Below the pieces are notes generated by a model. It saw only the letters and a program-made list of their open reading frames with translations. It was not told the DNA's origin and did not search any database. Source: Candidatus Sumerlaeota bacterium (GTDB taxonomy: Bacteria; Sumerlaeota; Sumerlaeia; MWCT01; JAUWMI01). Taken from it: a stretch of DNA of 64,000 bases. Positions within the stretch are counted from its first letter, which is position 1. Every line of letters starts with the position of its first letter. The translations under genes were made by a program, and so were the position numbers. This document shows positions 47,799 through 57,588 of this stretch, in pieces. The stretch is from the NCBI GenBank assembly GCA_030613245.1, contig JAUWMI010000003.1, forward strand, positions 65,062 to 129,061, in the 5' to 3' direction.

Positions 47799-48629
47799 AT
47801 GAACACGCGGACGGTTATATTTCGAGCGCTCTGCTACGTTGTTATAGTGGTAGGTGCGATTTCGTTCCTGTTTCCATTTATGTGGATGGTCTCAACGTCG
47901 TTAAAGACCGACCAGGATGTGTTCACGTGGCCGCCGCGGCTCGTGCCTCAGCCTGTGCGGTTCCAGAATTACGTTGATGCGTGGAACTCAGCACCCTATG
48001 CGCGCTTCTTTTTTAACAGTGCGTTCATTGCGCTGGCAGTCACGCTGGCAAATCTGTTTTTTAGCAGTCTGGCGGGGTACGCCTTCGCCAAGTATAAATT
48101 TCCAGGCAGGCAGTGGATTTTTATCGCTTTATTGTGTACTATGATGATTCCGTTCCAGGTTACCATGATCCCGGTCTTCGTGATCCTGAGCAAGTTGCAC
48201 TGGGTTGATACCTATTGGGGACTGATCATCCCGTTTACCGCGGGTGCGTTCGGGATTTTTCTCATGCGCCAGTTCCTGAGCACCATCCCTGACGACTTGA
48301 TTGACGCGGCGCGGATTGATGGGTGCTCGGAGTTTCGTACTTTCCTGACGATTGTTCTCCCGCTCTCCAAGCCAGCGCTCAGCGCGCTCGGCATTTTCGT
48401 ATTCATGGCATCCTGGAACGGATTCATCTGGCCTTTCATTATTGTGAAAAGTACCGAGATGAAGACGTTGCCGCTGGCGGTTGCCGACCTCGCTGAAGGG
48501 TTGTACGTCATGAGCTGGCCGCTGATGATGGCTGGCGCATGCTTCGTGGTGCTGCCGGCAATAGTTGTCTTCTTGCTATTCCAGAAGAATTTCGTTGAGG
48601 GTATCACCCTTACAGGGATTAAGACCTGA
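47799..48629 (+). CDS. carbohydrate ABC transporter permease
   Basis: PF.WM..TSLK, AGYAFAK, IPDDLIDAARIDG, WN.FIWP, GI.LTGIK. Confidence 0.92.
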   Translation: MNTRTVIFRALCYVVIVVGAISFLFPFMWMVSTSLKTDQDVFTWPPRLVPQPVRFQNYVDAWNSAPYARFFFNSAFIALAVTLANLFFSSLAGYAFAKYKFPGRQWIFIALLCTMMIPFQVTMIPVFVILSKLHWVDTYWGLIIPFTAGAFGIFLMRQFLSTIPDDLIDAARIDGCSEFRTFLTIVLPLSKPALSALGIFVFMASWNGFIWPFIIVKSTEMKTLPLAVADLAEGLYVMSWPLMMAGACFVVLPAIVVFLLFQKNFVEGITLTGIKT

Positions 48630-48640
48630 GGAGGGCGTGC

Positions 48641-50026
48641 ATGGCGAGATGGATACGAGCCATTTTTGCGTGGGGCAGCGCAGCAGGTTTGGTGCTGGCG
48701 CTGACAGCATGTGGCGAGGCGCCGTCTTCGTCGCAAGAGGGAGAGGAAAATCGTCCGGCCAAAAGCGGCAAGAAGGTCGTCATCGAAATGTCGGTGTGGG
48801 GGATGCCGTGGGAGAACGACCTGTATCGGGAAATTTACATTCCGGCATTTGAGCAACAGAATCCCAACATCGAGGTGAAATTCTACCATTTCCCCCGCTA
48901 CAACGAGCGACTGCTGACACTATATCGCGCAGGCGAATCGCCTGATGTGATGCGGCAGAACATCGTGTGGGGCGGACTCTTCATGTCGAAAGGGACGAAC
49001 CGGGCTCTCGATAAATACATTGATGGCCCGGATGGTGTGGATTGTGACGATTTCCTTCAGATCCTGTGGGACAGGGTCACGTTTGACGGCAAGACGTATG
49101 GCCTGCCGCAGGATATTAATATGTTCGGCCTCTTTTACAATAAGGACATTTTCGACAATGCGGGCATTGCGTACCCGGATGCGAGCTGGACGTGGGACGA
49201 TCTCGAGCGAGTGGCCAAACGCCTGACAAAGGTGGTGAAAAAGCGGGTAGAGGTCTTCGGCTACGACGCTATGTGGACATCAATGGAATTCATGAGCTAT
49301 TTCTTGCAAGCAGGCGGGAAAATATGGAGTGAAGATGGGCGGCAATGCCTGATTAATAGTTCCGCTGGTGTCGAAGCCCTCAGCTTCTGGAAGTCAATGA
49401 TCTACGAGTTTCACCTGGCGCGCTCAGGCGATATGCGAGGCGGCACAGCCATCGGGCCGGACAAGTTCTTCGAGATGGGCAAAACTGCGATGTTTATAGA
49501 CGGCACGTGGCGCATCCCGGCGATCATGCGGAATGCGCCTGAGCTGCGCTTTGGCGTTGCACCTCTGCCGCGACACCGGAGGGCCGTCACTATTGGCACC
49601 TCCTGCTACTGGGCAATCAGCAAGCAGTCGAAGCATCCTGACGAGGCGTGGAAGTTGATAAAGTTCATGAACAATACCGAGAACCTGCTGAGCTACTGGC
49701 GTGTGCTGTGGGTAGCGCCGCCAGCCAGGTGGTCTGCGCTGCGCGACCCGCGATTTCGCCAGATTACCGGTCTAGACACGCGCATCCCGGGCCTGCCGGA
49801 GGAGGAATTCGAGGAAAAGTGCGGCTGGATTCTCTACTGCCTGGAAAATGGCATCACCTCAACTGAACAGGTGCACCCACGCCTGGGCGATCTGATCAGC
49901 GAGTTGACAATTGCAATTGATAAAGTGCTCGTCATGCGCTCAAAAGTCGACCCGCAGGACGCCCTGGACGAATGCGTCAAAAAAGTGAATAAGGTTCTCG
50001 AGGAAGATACGCAGTTCATATATTAG
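48641..50026 (+). CDS. sugar ABC substrate-binding lipoprotein (family 1)
   Basis: Lipobox LTAC, FE..NPNIEV, DGKTYGLP, LFYNKDIFD.AG, WTWDD. Confidence 0.9.
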   Translation: MARWIRAIFAWGSAAGLVLALTACGEAPSSSQEGEENRPAKSGKKVVIEMSVWGMPWENDLYREIYIPAFEQQNPNIEVKFYHFPRYNERLLTLYRAGESPDVMRQNIVWGGLFMSKGTNRALDKYIDGPDGVDCDDFLQILWDRVTFDGKTYGLPQDINMFGLFYNKDIFDNAGIAYPDASWTWDDLERVAKRLTKVVKKRVEVFGYDAMWTSMEFMSYFLQAGGKIWSEDGRQCLINSSAGVEALSFWKSMIYEFHLARSGDMRGGTAIGPDKFFEMGKTAMFIDGTWRIPAIMRNAPELRFGVAPLPRHRRAVTIGTSCYWAISKQSKHPDEAWKLIKFMNNTENLLSYWRVLWVAPPARWSALRDPRFRQITGLDTRIPGLPEEEFEEKCGWILYCLENGITSTEQVHPRLGDLISELTIAIDKVLVMRSKVDPQDALDECVKKVNKVLEEDTQFIY

Positions 50027-50145
50027 CACCGCGAACGGCGCTTACCGGACGCCGGTCTAACGCGCCGATGAGGTGGCTATTCGTGAAGTTAATACGCAAT
50101 GCGTTACCGGGGCACCGGGAAAGCCCCAAACAAATTATTGGCAAG

Positions 50146-50286
50146 CTATTTTGTTAATTCGTCCTTTAAGAGCCCGGGCTTTTTACCTCTCCTTATTGGC
50201 CCTTTTTTTCTTCTTTCTGGTTTGAATTTGTAACTTCGGATTAGCCTTTTCGCCGCCTTCTTCTTCCCACTCTTTACTGCTTTCAT
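50146..50286 (-). CDS. small Lys/Arg-rich protein, 46 aa (below the ORF-track cutoff)
   Basis: AGGAGG shortly upstream of the ATG. MKAVKSGKKKAAKRLIRSYKFKPERRKKGPIRRGKKPGLLKDELTK; starts 36 bp after the FRG stop. Confidence 0.55.
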   Translation of the reverse strand: MKAVKSGKKKAAKRLIRSYKFKPERRKKGPIRRGKKPGLLKDELTK

Positions 50287-50322
50287 TTGTAACCTCCTGT
50301 GTGAAAATCTAAGAAGCAAACC

Positions 50323-51189
50323 TCAACCGGGCCTTTGATACGACCGCGTCACGTGCTTGGCCACACTATCCAGTTCCGGGAATAAAGTAAGTTCCCCAAC
50401 GCCTGCAATCTGAAGGTTGTCCCAAACCGCGGCCAAATTATTGCGGTCAAGCATTATACACGCCAGGTGCAGTTTAGCTTGGGGGTCCCTGTCCGTTGCG
50501 ATTTCATCGATAGGGTGTTTGGAACGCCCGAATATGATAAAGGTACCTTGCTGGGCAATTATTCGAGGATTGGAGCGGGGTACGTGGATTGCGACGGGAT
50601 GTCTGTTTATATTATATGAACCTGGTTTCTTAAGGACCTCTGGAAGGTAAGGGTCAGAATAATCGCCTGGAGTACCGAAGAGGAACTTCTTGCCATGAGA
50701 CCACCAGTTAAGAGTGCCAGGGTCAAGCATCCAAATTGTTGGAGAATGTTCGTCGTAGATAGGAGACTTTGGACCTCTAGCGAGCATTTGCTCGAGATAG
50801 GCTTCGTCTTGTTTCAGAAACTCGCTGCTGGTAGCATAATAAATGGCAGCCAGGGCGTTCTCGGTCCAGTCTAGAAGCCTCGTTGGCATTTGATAATGTT
50901 GGGCAAGAAAATACCACTCCCAGTCATTGCTTGGCCGGGGACTAGCAAAGGCCGCAGCAAGGCCTTTGAAGGCTGTAAATATGGTGATCTCATCATATCT
51001 GTATTTCTCAATCTCTGGACGGTATAGTCCTGGTGTTAATTTATAGCTCCGATTTGGCTGGCCCCTAAACCAGATCTCTTCTGTATGCTTTCCAGTGGGA
51101 TTCCATGCGCGACGAATCTCTTTGATACGCTCGAATACTTCGGCGACCGAGCTAGCATGCTTTTCGATGATCATAATAGATTCTCCCAT
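50323..51189 (-). CDS. FRG domain protein
   Basis: WFRGQ, L.PGLYR, AQHY..PTRLLDWT.N.L.A.Y.A, NPRI.AQ.G.F, LFPELD. Confidence 0.92.
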   Translation of the reverse strand: MGESIMIIEKHASSVAEVFERIKEIRRAWNPTGKHTEEIWFRGQPNRSYKLTPGLYRPEIEKYRYDEITIFTAFKGLAAAFASPRPSNDWEWYFLAQHYQMPTRLLDWTENALAAIYYATSSEFLKQDEAYLEQMLARGPKSPIYDEHSPTIWMLDPGTLNWWSHGKKFLFGTPGDYSDPYLPEVLKKPGSYNINRHPVAIHVPRSNPRIIAQQGTFIIFGRSKHPIDEIATDRDPQAKLHLACIMLDRNNLAAVWDNLQIAGVGELTLFPELDSVAKHVTRSYQRPG

Positions 51190-51369
51190 TTACTGCTATG
51201 CGTACCACTTAATGCAAACGAGCGTTCCTTTTCCAACGCACTCAGGAAACCTGACCAATTTTGGCGGGTGAAAAATAAAATATGCAATAGCACACAGAAC
51301 CACCACGACTAGGGAAGTGACCAGCACAGTGCAAGCGCGGTCCTAGTAGTTCATTTTGCTCTACTCCTT

Positions 51370-51930
51370 TTAGTTTGGTGGACAGCACTTTTCTAATATG
51401 ACGTCACTCCAACCTTTTCTCTTAAGTTCACCTAGTACCGTTATTTTGTGACCCACCCGCAGTTGAGCTAAATCGTCTCGGTATCTATCCTCAAAATAAC
51501 ATTTAACAGAGTAAACTACTGACCACTCAGCCGAAGCCGCCCACTCGACATCAAGTTCAACATAAGCATCATCAAACCAATCCGTACCTATTTTTTGCAC
51601 AACACCTGTGACGTATAGATATTTGCCTTTGTACTTTTTATCAGCGGCGAATTCATTCACTTGGTAATCACGGTATAGCTTAACTGCTGTAACCCGTATT
51701 ATCCCTGGCGCCTCAACCCACATTGGCGTAGGTATAAATATTGTAGGCGTTGGTCTTGGCGTAGGTGTCGATGTATCTGTAGGTGTTGTTATAGCCGTAG
51801 GTGCTGGCGTTAGCATTGGCGTTGGCGCAAGTCTAGACATAGACATCGCCGGACTTTCAACTTGATCATTGCATCCTGTCAAGATGACGAGGGTAAACGC
51901 TAAACAGGCTAATCGTTTTAGAGAGTTCAT
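51370..51930 (-). CDS. OB-fold (tRNA_anti-like) lipoprotein with Pro/Thr linker
   Basis: Lipobox ILTGC, TPT linker, LY.DY..NE..AD.KYKGK...VTG.V..I. Low GC. Confidence 0.8.
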   Translation of the reverse strand: MNSLKRLACLAFTLVILTGCNDQVESPAMSMSRLAPTPMLTPAPTAITTPTDTSTPTPRPTPTIFIPTPMWVEAPGIIRVTAVKLYRDYQVNEFAADKKYKGKYLYVTGVVQKIGTDWFDDAYVELDVEWAASAEWSVVYSVKCYFEDRYRDDLAQLRVGHKITVLGELKRKGWSDVILEKCCPPN

Positions 51931-52192
51931 TTCGCCCGCTTCTTTCCGATTCATCATAGTTTCCATTCTCTCTTGCGAATCGTATCAATAAGCACCTCTG
52001 GTGCGACTTTCTTCAGGCATTTCTGAGCAGTAGCAAATCGTTCATGTCCAGACAGGCCGGGTATAATCGTAACTGCTGTACAACCTCATTTTCTGCAAGT
52101 TGCATATCCTGCCTTAATTTCTTTGCCTAACGTATCAGGTCTGATTTCGCAAATCAAGGCAAACTTGTAAACAATAGACTGCCCAAAATACT

Positions 52193-52343
52193 GCCACAGA
52201 TACGCGGAGACACAGAGATTTTAAGGCACGAAATCAGTTCCTTGCTCTGTGTCTCAGTGTCTCCGTGGCTTTACTTGGCTGTTCGATAATACCTGTAGCG
52301 GTAGCATTTATGCTACAACAGGTGCGATGAATCGCACCGCTAC
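52193..52343. repeat. inverted-repeat cluster (cacagag-type hairpin and GTAG REP pair)
   Basis: gccacaga..gagacacagag / ctctgtgtctc..tccgtggc, and gtagcggt...accgctac. Confidence 0.7.
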
Positions 52344-53452
52344 TGGCGGGGGTTTTTCTCAGACAGTGTGGGGGTGGTTGAGGTGCGGAGTCTTACGCGG
52401 GGGGAGGTGGTAGTGTCGTCGAGACGGACCATGGGCATTTCTGGCCTTACCGGAACGGTTGTGATCTGCTCTTTTTTCGGCAGGAAGTCATCTATGCTTT
52501 TGCGGAACATGTCAGCCTGGGGTGATGAAATCAGGAAGATTTGATCTTTCGCTGTACGCTTTACGTAGTATTGTCCTTTTGGCTCTTCCCGTTCGTTCCC
52601 GATGTGCAGTGTCGGAGTAGAGCTATAGTCCTGGAGCGAGGCTTGAATAGAGAATTGTGGTGGATCGAGCCCAAAGGCTTCCAGCGGTTGCTCGTCGTCA
52701 TTATCCTCAAAACTTGCTGCGCGCAAGCGAGAGAAGCTCGACACGTAGCGGCTCACTGCGGTCGTATCCGCAGCTTGAACCGAGGGCTTAACGATTTGCC
52801 ACGTGCCGTCAGCGAATTTTTTTAGCTGGATCGTCTCGTCAGGCGACTGCAGGGTAAGGGCGGTAATGGTGTCAGGCATGTAGTCGCAGATCATACGGTC
52901 GCGCCATGCATCAGCGCCGGGGCGCGACACCATGTGCGTAAGCATGACATTGACTTTCAACACGTCGTCCGAGTCGGCCTTACGCACATAGCTGGACGAG
53001 AAGTCGGTAGTCATTTTGCCGATCATGACGTCTTCGAGCACGTTGCCCGTTGCATCGACGAACTTCAGCTGCGTTCCAGTGAAAGGGTCAACTTGAAATC
53101 GTGGGTGATTAGCAGGATTGTGCGAGACGACTTCGCCTTCGCTCACGTTGGTGAGCGCCTGGAACAGGGCAGTGACGACTCGCGCATCTGCTTCGCGTTT
53201 TCTCGCCTCATCAACGTACCAGTTGCCGTCAGCTTTTACCAGTGTTGCGGTGGTTTGGCCATTGAACTGTGAGATTTCAATTCGTGCACAGGCGCCGGCT
53301 GAGACGTTCTGGAATATCGGCACGCGTGTAATCTCAGCCTGGCCGGAAGGAAGCCCTCTGGGTTTTTCCGAGAATGGCTTTTCAATCAAAAGAAATGCCA
53401 CGACCAGGACGATCGCAACACCAAGCAGAAGTAGTGCATTTTTGGATTTCAT
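52340..53452 (-). CDS. DUF4340 domain protein
   Basis: N-terminal TM, two L.K..G.W...AD repeats, IGK..YVR, WRD, FGLDPP. Usual partner of Gld-type ABC genes. Start uncertain (53452 or 53485). Confidence 0.8.
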   Translation of the reverse strand: MKSKNALLLLGVAIVLVVAFLLIEKPFSEKPRGLPSGQAEITRVPIFQNVSAGACARIEISQFNGQTTATLVKADGNWYVDEARKREADARVVTALFQALTNVSEGEVVSHNPANHPRFQVDPFTGTQLKFVDATGNVLEDVMIGKMTTDFSSSYVRKADSDDVLKVNVMLTHMVSRPGADAWRDRMICDYMPDTITALTLQSPDETIQLKKFADGTWQIVKPSVQAADTTAVSRYVSSFSRLRAASFEDNDDEQPLEAFGLDPPQFSIQASLQDYSSTPTLHIGNEREEPKGQYYVKRTAKDQIFLISSPQADMFRKSIDDFLPKKEQITTVPVRPEMPMVRLDDTTTSPRVRLRTSTTPTLSEKNPRQ

Positions 53453-53556
53453 AGCCTTAAGGACCCTATCAAAATGGAATTCCAATACTCCTAAGGCGCA
53501 TTAACCACTACGACACAACGGAGGTGTAGGGGCAGGCCTTGTGCCTGCCCTATTAT

Positions 53557-53732
53557 CCCGGATTTTGCATCAGGAAAGGCGAGGGGAACCCTTTGGAAAA
53601 AGGGTTACCCCTCGCGCTCCCCTCCTAAACCTTTCTTTACGGGCAATTGCATCCGCCTTCGCTAAGCTTCGGCGAATGCAATCGCCACCTTATATCCTTA
53701 CACCTTTTTGTGATCGAGGAAAGATGCAATAG
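53557..53732 (+). mobile_element. family A element, full copy inside the Gld-type operon
   Basis: Colinear with 2396-2571 from cccggatt to gatgcaatag. Confidence 0.8.
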
Positions 53733-53818
53733 AGTGACCCTGACTTCTATTTTTGATGTAAGAGACGTCGTGTCGTCGTGGTTTAATATTCCTTTTTATT
53801 TCCTCTTAGTGTTCTTAG

Positions 53819-55453
53819 CTAATCCACCATAAGCGTTTCGTAGTAGCGGCGTTTCCGCCGCTTCAGCACAATACACCCCAGCCCAAACAGAATTACCAGT
53901 ACACTGGCGCCGAGTGTATCGAGATAGCGTACGGTTGCCTTTTGTGCGTCAGAGAGCTCACGCAAGGGGCGATCGGTGACCTCTCGTGCTCGAATGCCAA
54001 TGAGATCCTCCCCCAGAACCATCCAGTCTACAGCGTTCTGCATGAATATGAGATTGCTTGGAAACTGGAAGAGGTGGCGATCTGCGACGAAACGTGCATT
54101 GCCGACTACCAGAATTTGAGTCTCGCTACTCTCGGTGATAGTCTGCGGTTCATCGGGTCGAGGCGAAGGAGGTGTAGTCTCTGGTTGCGTCGGCTCTTCA
54201 GGGATCGGCTTATCTTTGAAATAACTCGTGAACTTGCCGTTGACGAAAACAGCCAGAGGCAGTTGCTCTACGTCTTCCTTTTTCGGACGGAGTCGCTGCT
54301 GCGGATTGAGATTAAAAGGCGCCTGTTGGCTTAGCGCATACGGCGTAGTTGATACCAGCCGGGCGACTTCCAGGCCTTGCGCCGCAGCCTCGTTGGCTTC
54401 CACTGAACTGGACCAGGGGAGTACGAGAGATTCCAGCCTATTCACGATTTGACTATCCGATGAGAATCCCTCTTTTCTGACTTTGACAAAGAACGGATAG
54501 GGCAAAGTAAAGCTCACAAAGCCGGTGTTGAACGATGCCATGGAATGCGAGCGCAAGTCTGCAACCAGATCGCTGTGCACGTTGATGCCGTAGTGTTTGA
54601 GCAGTTTGGTGATGTTTGGGACCTTGACCGACGCATTCAGTGCGTCTTCCTCGAATTCCACAGTATCTATAAGGCAAATCAGTTTGCCTCCATTCATAAC
54701 GAATTGGTCGAGATCGTAGAGCTGACGATCCGTGAAGTCCTGTGGGCTAATAATGATCAGTGCAGCAAGGTTGCGCGGGATGGCATTCCTCTGGGTGAGA
54801 TCAATATAGCGCACACTGTACTGGCGTTCCAGCGCTTCGGTAAGGTGTCGATAGTCCTTCTTCAGATCCAGGCGTGGATTGTTGGTCAGGAGCCCGATGG
54901 GGCGAACCTGTGCGCTGATCACCTTAACGATGGCACTGGTGATATTATACTCCAGATTTTCTACACCGCGTGGCAGTACTGCTGGAATGACTTCGCGCCG
55001 ATCTTCATACTCGATAGACATCGCGAGGTAGGCATTTATCACCTGGTATTTGTCGTGTTCGAGTATATTCAACTGTACCTGGGGGATGCCTTGAAATTGC
55101 AGGGTACGGGCCAGTTGGGGATCGCCCTTTGGGTCAATAAATTCAACGCGCAAATTTCCCTTCGCGTAGGTCTGGTATTCTTCCAAGAGATCTCCAACCT
55201 GGCGCCTGAAATTTGTCATGTACGGCGGGAGCGTCTTGGAGAAATAGGCCTTGATCGTCAGAAGATCCTCTAGCCCGGCGACTACGCGCTTGCTCGACTT
55301 TGAAAGCGTGTACTGCTTATTATGCGTCAGGTCGAAACGGTGAAAGTGGCGGGCCGAAAAGAGATTAATGACAGCCAGAATAATCACTGCCGATACGATC
55401 ATAAGGAGCGTATTCGTGCCATAGCGTAGCTGTTTCGCTGCTCGTCGCTTCAT
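53819..55453 (-). CDS. GldG-family ABC auxiliary protein
   Basis: RFDLT.NK.YTLS..S, DLLEEY, FIDP, EY.ITSAI, DQFVMNGG, N..F..NAVDW...LIGIR. Confidence 0.88.
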   Translation of the reverse strand: MKRRAAKQLRYGTNTLLMIVSAVIILAVINLFSARHFHRFDLTHNKQYTLSKSSKRVVAGLEDLLTIKAYFSKTLPPYMTNFRRQVGDLLEEYQTYAKGNLRVEFIDPKGDPQLARTLQFQGIPQVQLNILEHDKYQVINAYLAMSIEYEDRREVIPAVLPRGVENLEYNITSAIVKVISAQVRPIGLLTNNPRLDLKKDYRHLTEALERQYSVRYIDLTQRNAIPRNLAALIIISPQDFTDRQLYDLDQFVMNGGKLICLIDTVEFEEDALNASVKVPNITKLLKHYGINVHSDLVADLRSHSMASFNTGFVSFTLPYPFFVKVRKEGFSSDSQIVNRLESLVLPWSSSVEANEAAAQGLEVARLVSTTPYALSQQAPFNLNPQQRLRPKKEDVEQLPLAVFVNGKFTSYFKDKPIPEEPTQPETTPPSPRPDEPQTITESSETQILVVGNARFVADRHLFQFPSNLIFMQNAVDWMVLGEDLIGIRAREVTDRPLRELSDAQKATVRYLDTLGASVLVILFGLGCIVLKRRKRRYYETLMVD

Positions 55454-55454
55454 T

Positions 55455-56183
55455 TCAAGCCCACTTTCGTCTTTCCACTGAGCGGATATTCAAGAACAAG
55501 AAAAAGGCAATCACCGACAAATAATAGACTATATCCCGTGTATCAATAACCCCGCGACTGATGTTTTCAAAATGCGTTCCCAGCCCGAGAAAGTCAAACA
55601 CCGGCACCAGAGCCGAGGGAATGGAAAACAATACGATCGGCTCGCCGATGATAAAGAGAACAAACGATAATGTCACGCCAACAATGAAGGCCACGATCTG
55701 ATTCTCCGTGAGGCTGGAGGCGAACAACCCGATGGCCAGGTACGCAGCACCAAGCAACAACATGCCCAGGTAGCCGCCAACTATGGGCCCCATGTCGACC
55801 CCAATGTTCGGGTCGCTAATCGTTACAAGAGTGAGAGGCAAGGGAAAGGTCAGGGCAATCGTAACGGTCAGTAGCGCAAAGGCGGCAAAGAACTTGCCGA
55901 GCACCGCCTCGTGATCCTTAATCGGCAGGGTCATCAAAATTTCCAGTGTGCCGAGTTTCTTCTCCTCGGCCCAGAGCCGCATGCTCACTGCTGGAATGAA
56001 AAACAAAAACAGCCATGGAGTCAGCGAGAAGAAGTCGCGTAGCACTGCCTGGTTGATCAGAAAGAAGCCACGAAAGAAAATCCAGCTCGTCAGCACGAGG
56101 AAGACAATGATGAAAATATACGCTGCGGGCGAATTGACGTAGCTGCGAAATTCCTTTTTGAAAATCTGGTAGATGTTTGCCAT
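55455..56183 (-). CDS. GldF-family ABC-2 permease
   Basis: KE..SY..SP.AY, PAVSMRLWAEEKK.GT.E.L.T.P, SSLTENQIVA, RGVIDTRD..YY. Confidence 0.9.
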   Translation of the reverse strand: MANIYQIFKKEFRSYVNSPAAYIFIIVFLVLTSWIFFRGFFLINQAVLRDFFSLTPWLFLFFIPAVSMRLWAEEKKLGTLEILMTLPIKDHEAVLGKFFAAFALLTVTIALTFPLPLTLVTISDPNIGVDMGPIVGGYLGMLLLGAAYLAIGLFASSLTENQIVAFIVGVTLSFVLFIIGEPIVLFSIPSALVPVFDFLGLGTHFENISRGVIDTRDIVYYLSVIAFFLFLNIRSVERRKWA

Positions 56184-56241
56184 ACGCGATAATCCGTCGT
56201 TTTTGCTGCGCCAGAAACTCTAGGCACTGCACCAAAGCGCA

Positions 56242-57201
56242 CTAGGTGGCTTTGTCTTTGGTTGTCAGCTGCTTGAAAACTTCCTCCAGGCTCACATGTT
56301 CCCGGCTGAGCTCAGTGAGTGTCCATTCATTGGCCACGGCCAGCTGAAAGATATCTTCGCTCGGGTCTTGCATTTCTCTGGGCTTCACTTCATAGCGTGA
56401 AAAGCCGCTGGGTTCTGAGCTGACCATGCTTACGCGCTCAACTGCTGCCAGGTCGTTCAACTTCTCCTGGACCGCCTCGGTCGGGCCATTCAGCTTGACG
56501 AAGATGTTGATACTGCCGCGACCTTTGCGCATCAGCTGTTCGGGTGTGCCATCCGCCACCAGTACACCGTCGTTGATAATAATGGCGCGATCACACATCG
56601 CGGTGACCTCGGGGAGAATGTGCGTGGAGATAATAATGGTTTTCTCTTTCCCGATTTTTCTAATCATCTCCCGGATTTCAATGATCTGATTCGGATCGAG
56701 CCCCGACGTTGGTTCATCCATCACAAGGATGTCCGGGTCGTGAATGAGAGTCTGGGCGAGGCCTACTCGCTGGCGATAGCCGCGCGAAAGTTCGCCAATG
56801 TCCTTTTTAATTTCGCGCTCCAGGCTGCAGATTCCAACCATGTCTTTAACTTTTTTGAGCCGCTTACCAGATGGAATGCCCCGGATCGCAGCCACGAAAA
56901 GGAGATAGTCAACAACGCCAGTGTCCAGGTAAAGCGGATTATTCTCTGGCAGGTAGCCGACGCGACGGCGCACCTCAAGCGAATTCTCCACCACGTCGTA
57001 TCCCGCGACTTCCACAGAGCCGCTGTCCGCGGGCAGGTAGCAGGTGAGGATTTTCATTGTGGTGGTCTTGCCTGCGCCGTTCGGGCCCAGGAAGCCCAGA
57101 ATTTCGCCCTGGCGTACGTCAAATGAAATGTTATTGACGGCAATAGTTGCGCCGAATCGTTTCGTCATATTGCGAACTTTGATCATGCGCTGGTCTTGCA
57201 A
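56242..57201 (-). CDS. GldA-family ABC ATP-binding protein
   Basis: GPNGAGKTT, LSRGYRQRVGLAQ, DEPTSGLDPNQ, STHIL. Confidence 0.93.
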   Translation of the reverse strand: MQDQRMIKVRNMTKRFGATIAVNNISFDVRQGEILGFLGPNGAGKTTTMKILTCYLPADSGSVEVAGYDVVENSLEVRRRVGYLPENNPLYLDTGVVDYLLFVAAIRGIPSGKRLKKVKDMVGICSLEREIKKDIGELSRGYRQRVGLAQTLIHDPDILVMDEPTSGLDPNQIIEIREMIRKIGKEKTIIISTHILPEVTAMCDRAIIINDGVLVADGTPEQLMRKGRGSINIFVKLNGPTEAVQEKLNDLAAVERVSMVSSEPSGFSRYEVKPREMQDPSEDIFQLAVANEWTLTELSREHVSLEEVFKQLTTKDKAT

Positions 57202-57588
57202 TGCTCACTACCTCCGGAGGGGCTTAATTATACAGTGGTCAGGCGCCAGCCCGGGTCGGGATTTCTGCGTGACTTAAATAAGTATAGTCAGGTCTGCGAA
57301 AGCCGACTTTTTTCAGCAAGTGAAAGATTGGGCGCCTTTCCCTTTCAACCGCTCTGCGAATTGCTTTTGATAGAAAACCTGGTGTTGCTTGTCAAGGATT
57401 TTTCACGGCAATGCGCTTCGCTTTCCCTTTGGCGAATCGGCCCTCAGAGACACTCTGGCTGTTCCTGGAATGATATAGAATAAGGAGGATTTTGGGAGCC
57501 TCCTTCTCGATATAGCCCTTGATGCAGCTGGCCTTGTTCTCCTTCTTAATATAAGTTTACGGAGCTGAGGATTGGCTGGTAGGTGAAG

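Noticed and set aside
52145..52200. c-di-GMP-I riboswitch (ggcaaac...)
   Set aside because: It lacks the GNRA stem followed by gacgcaaag and the second stem.
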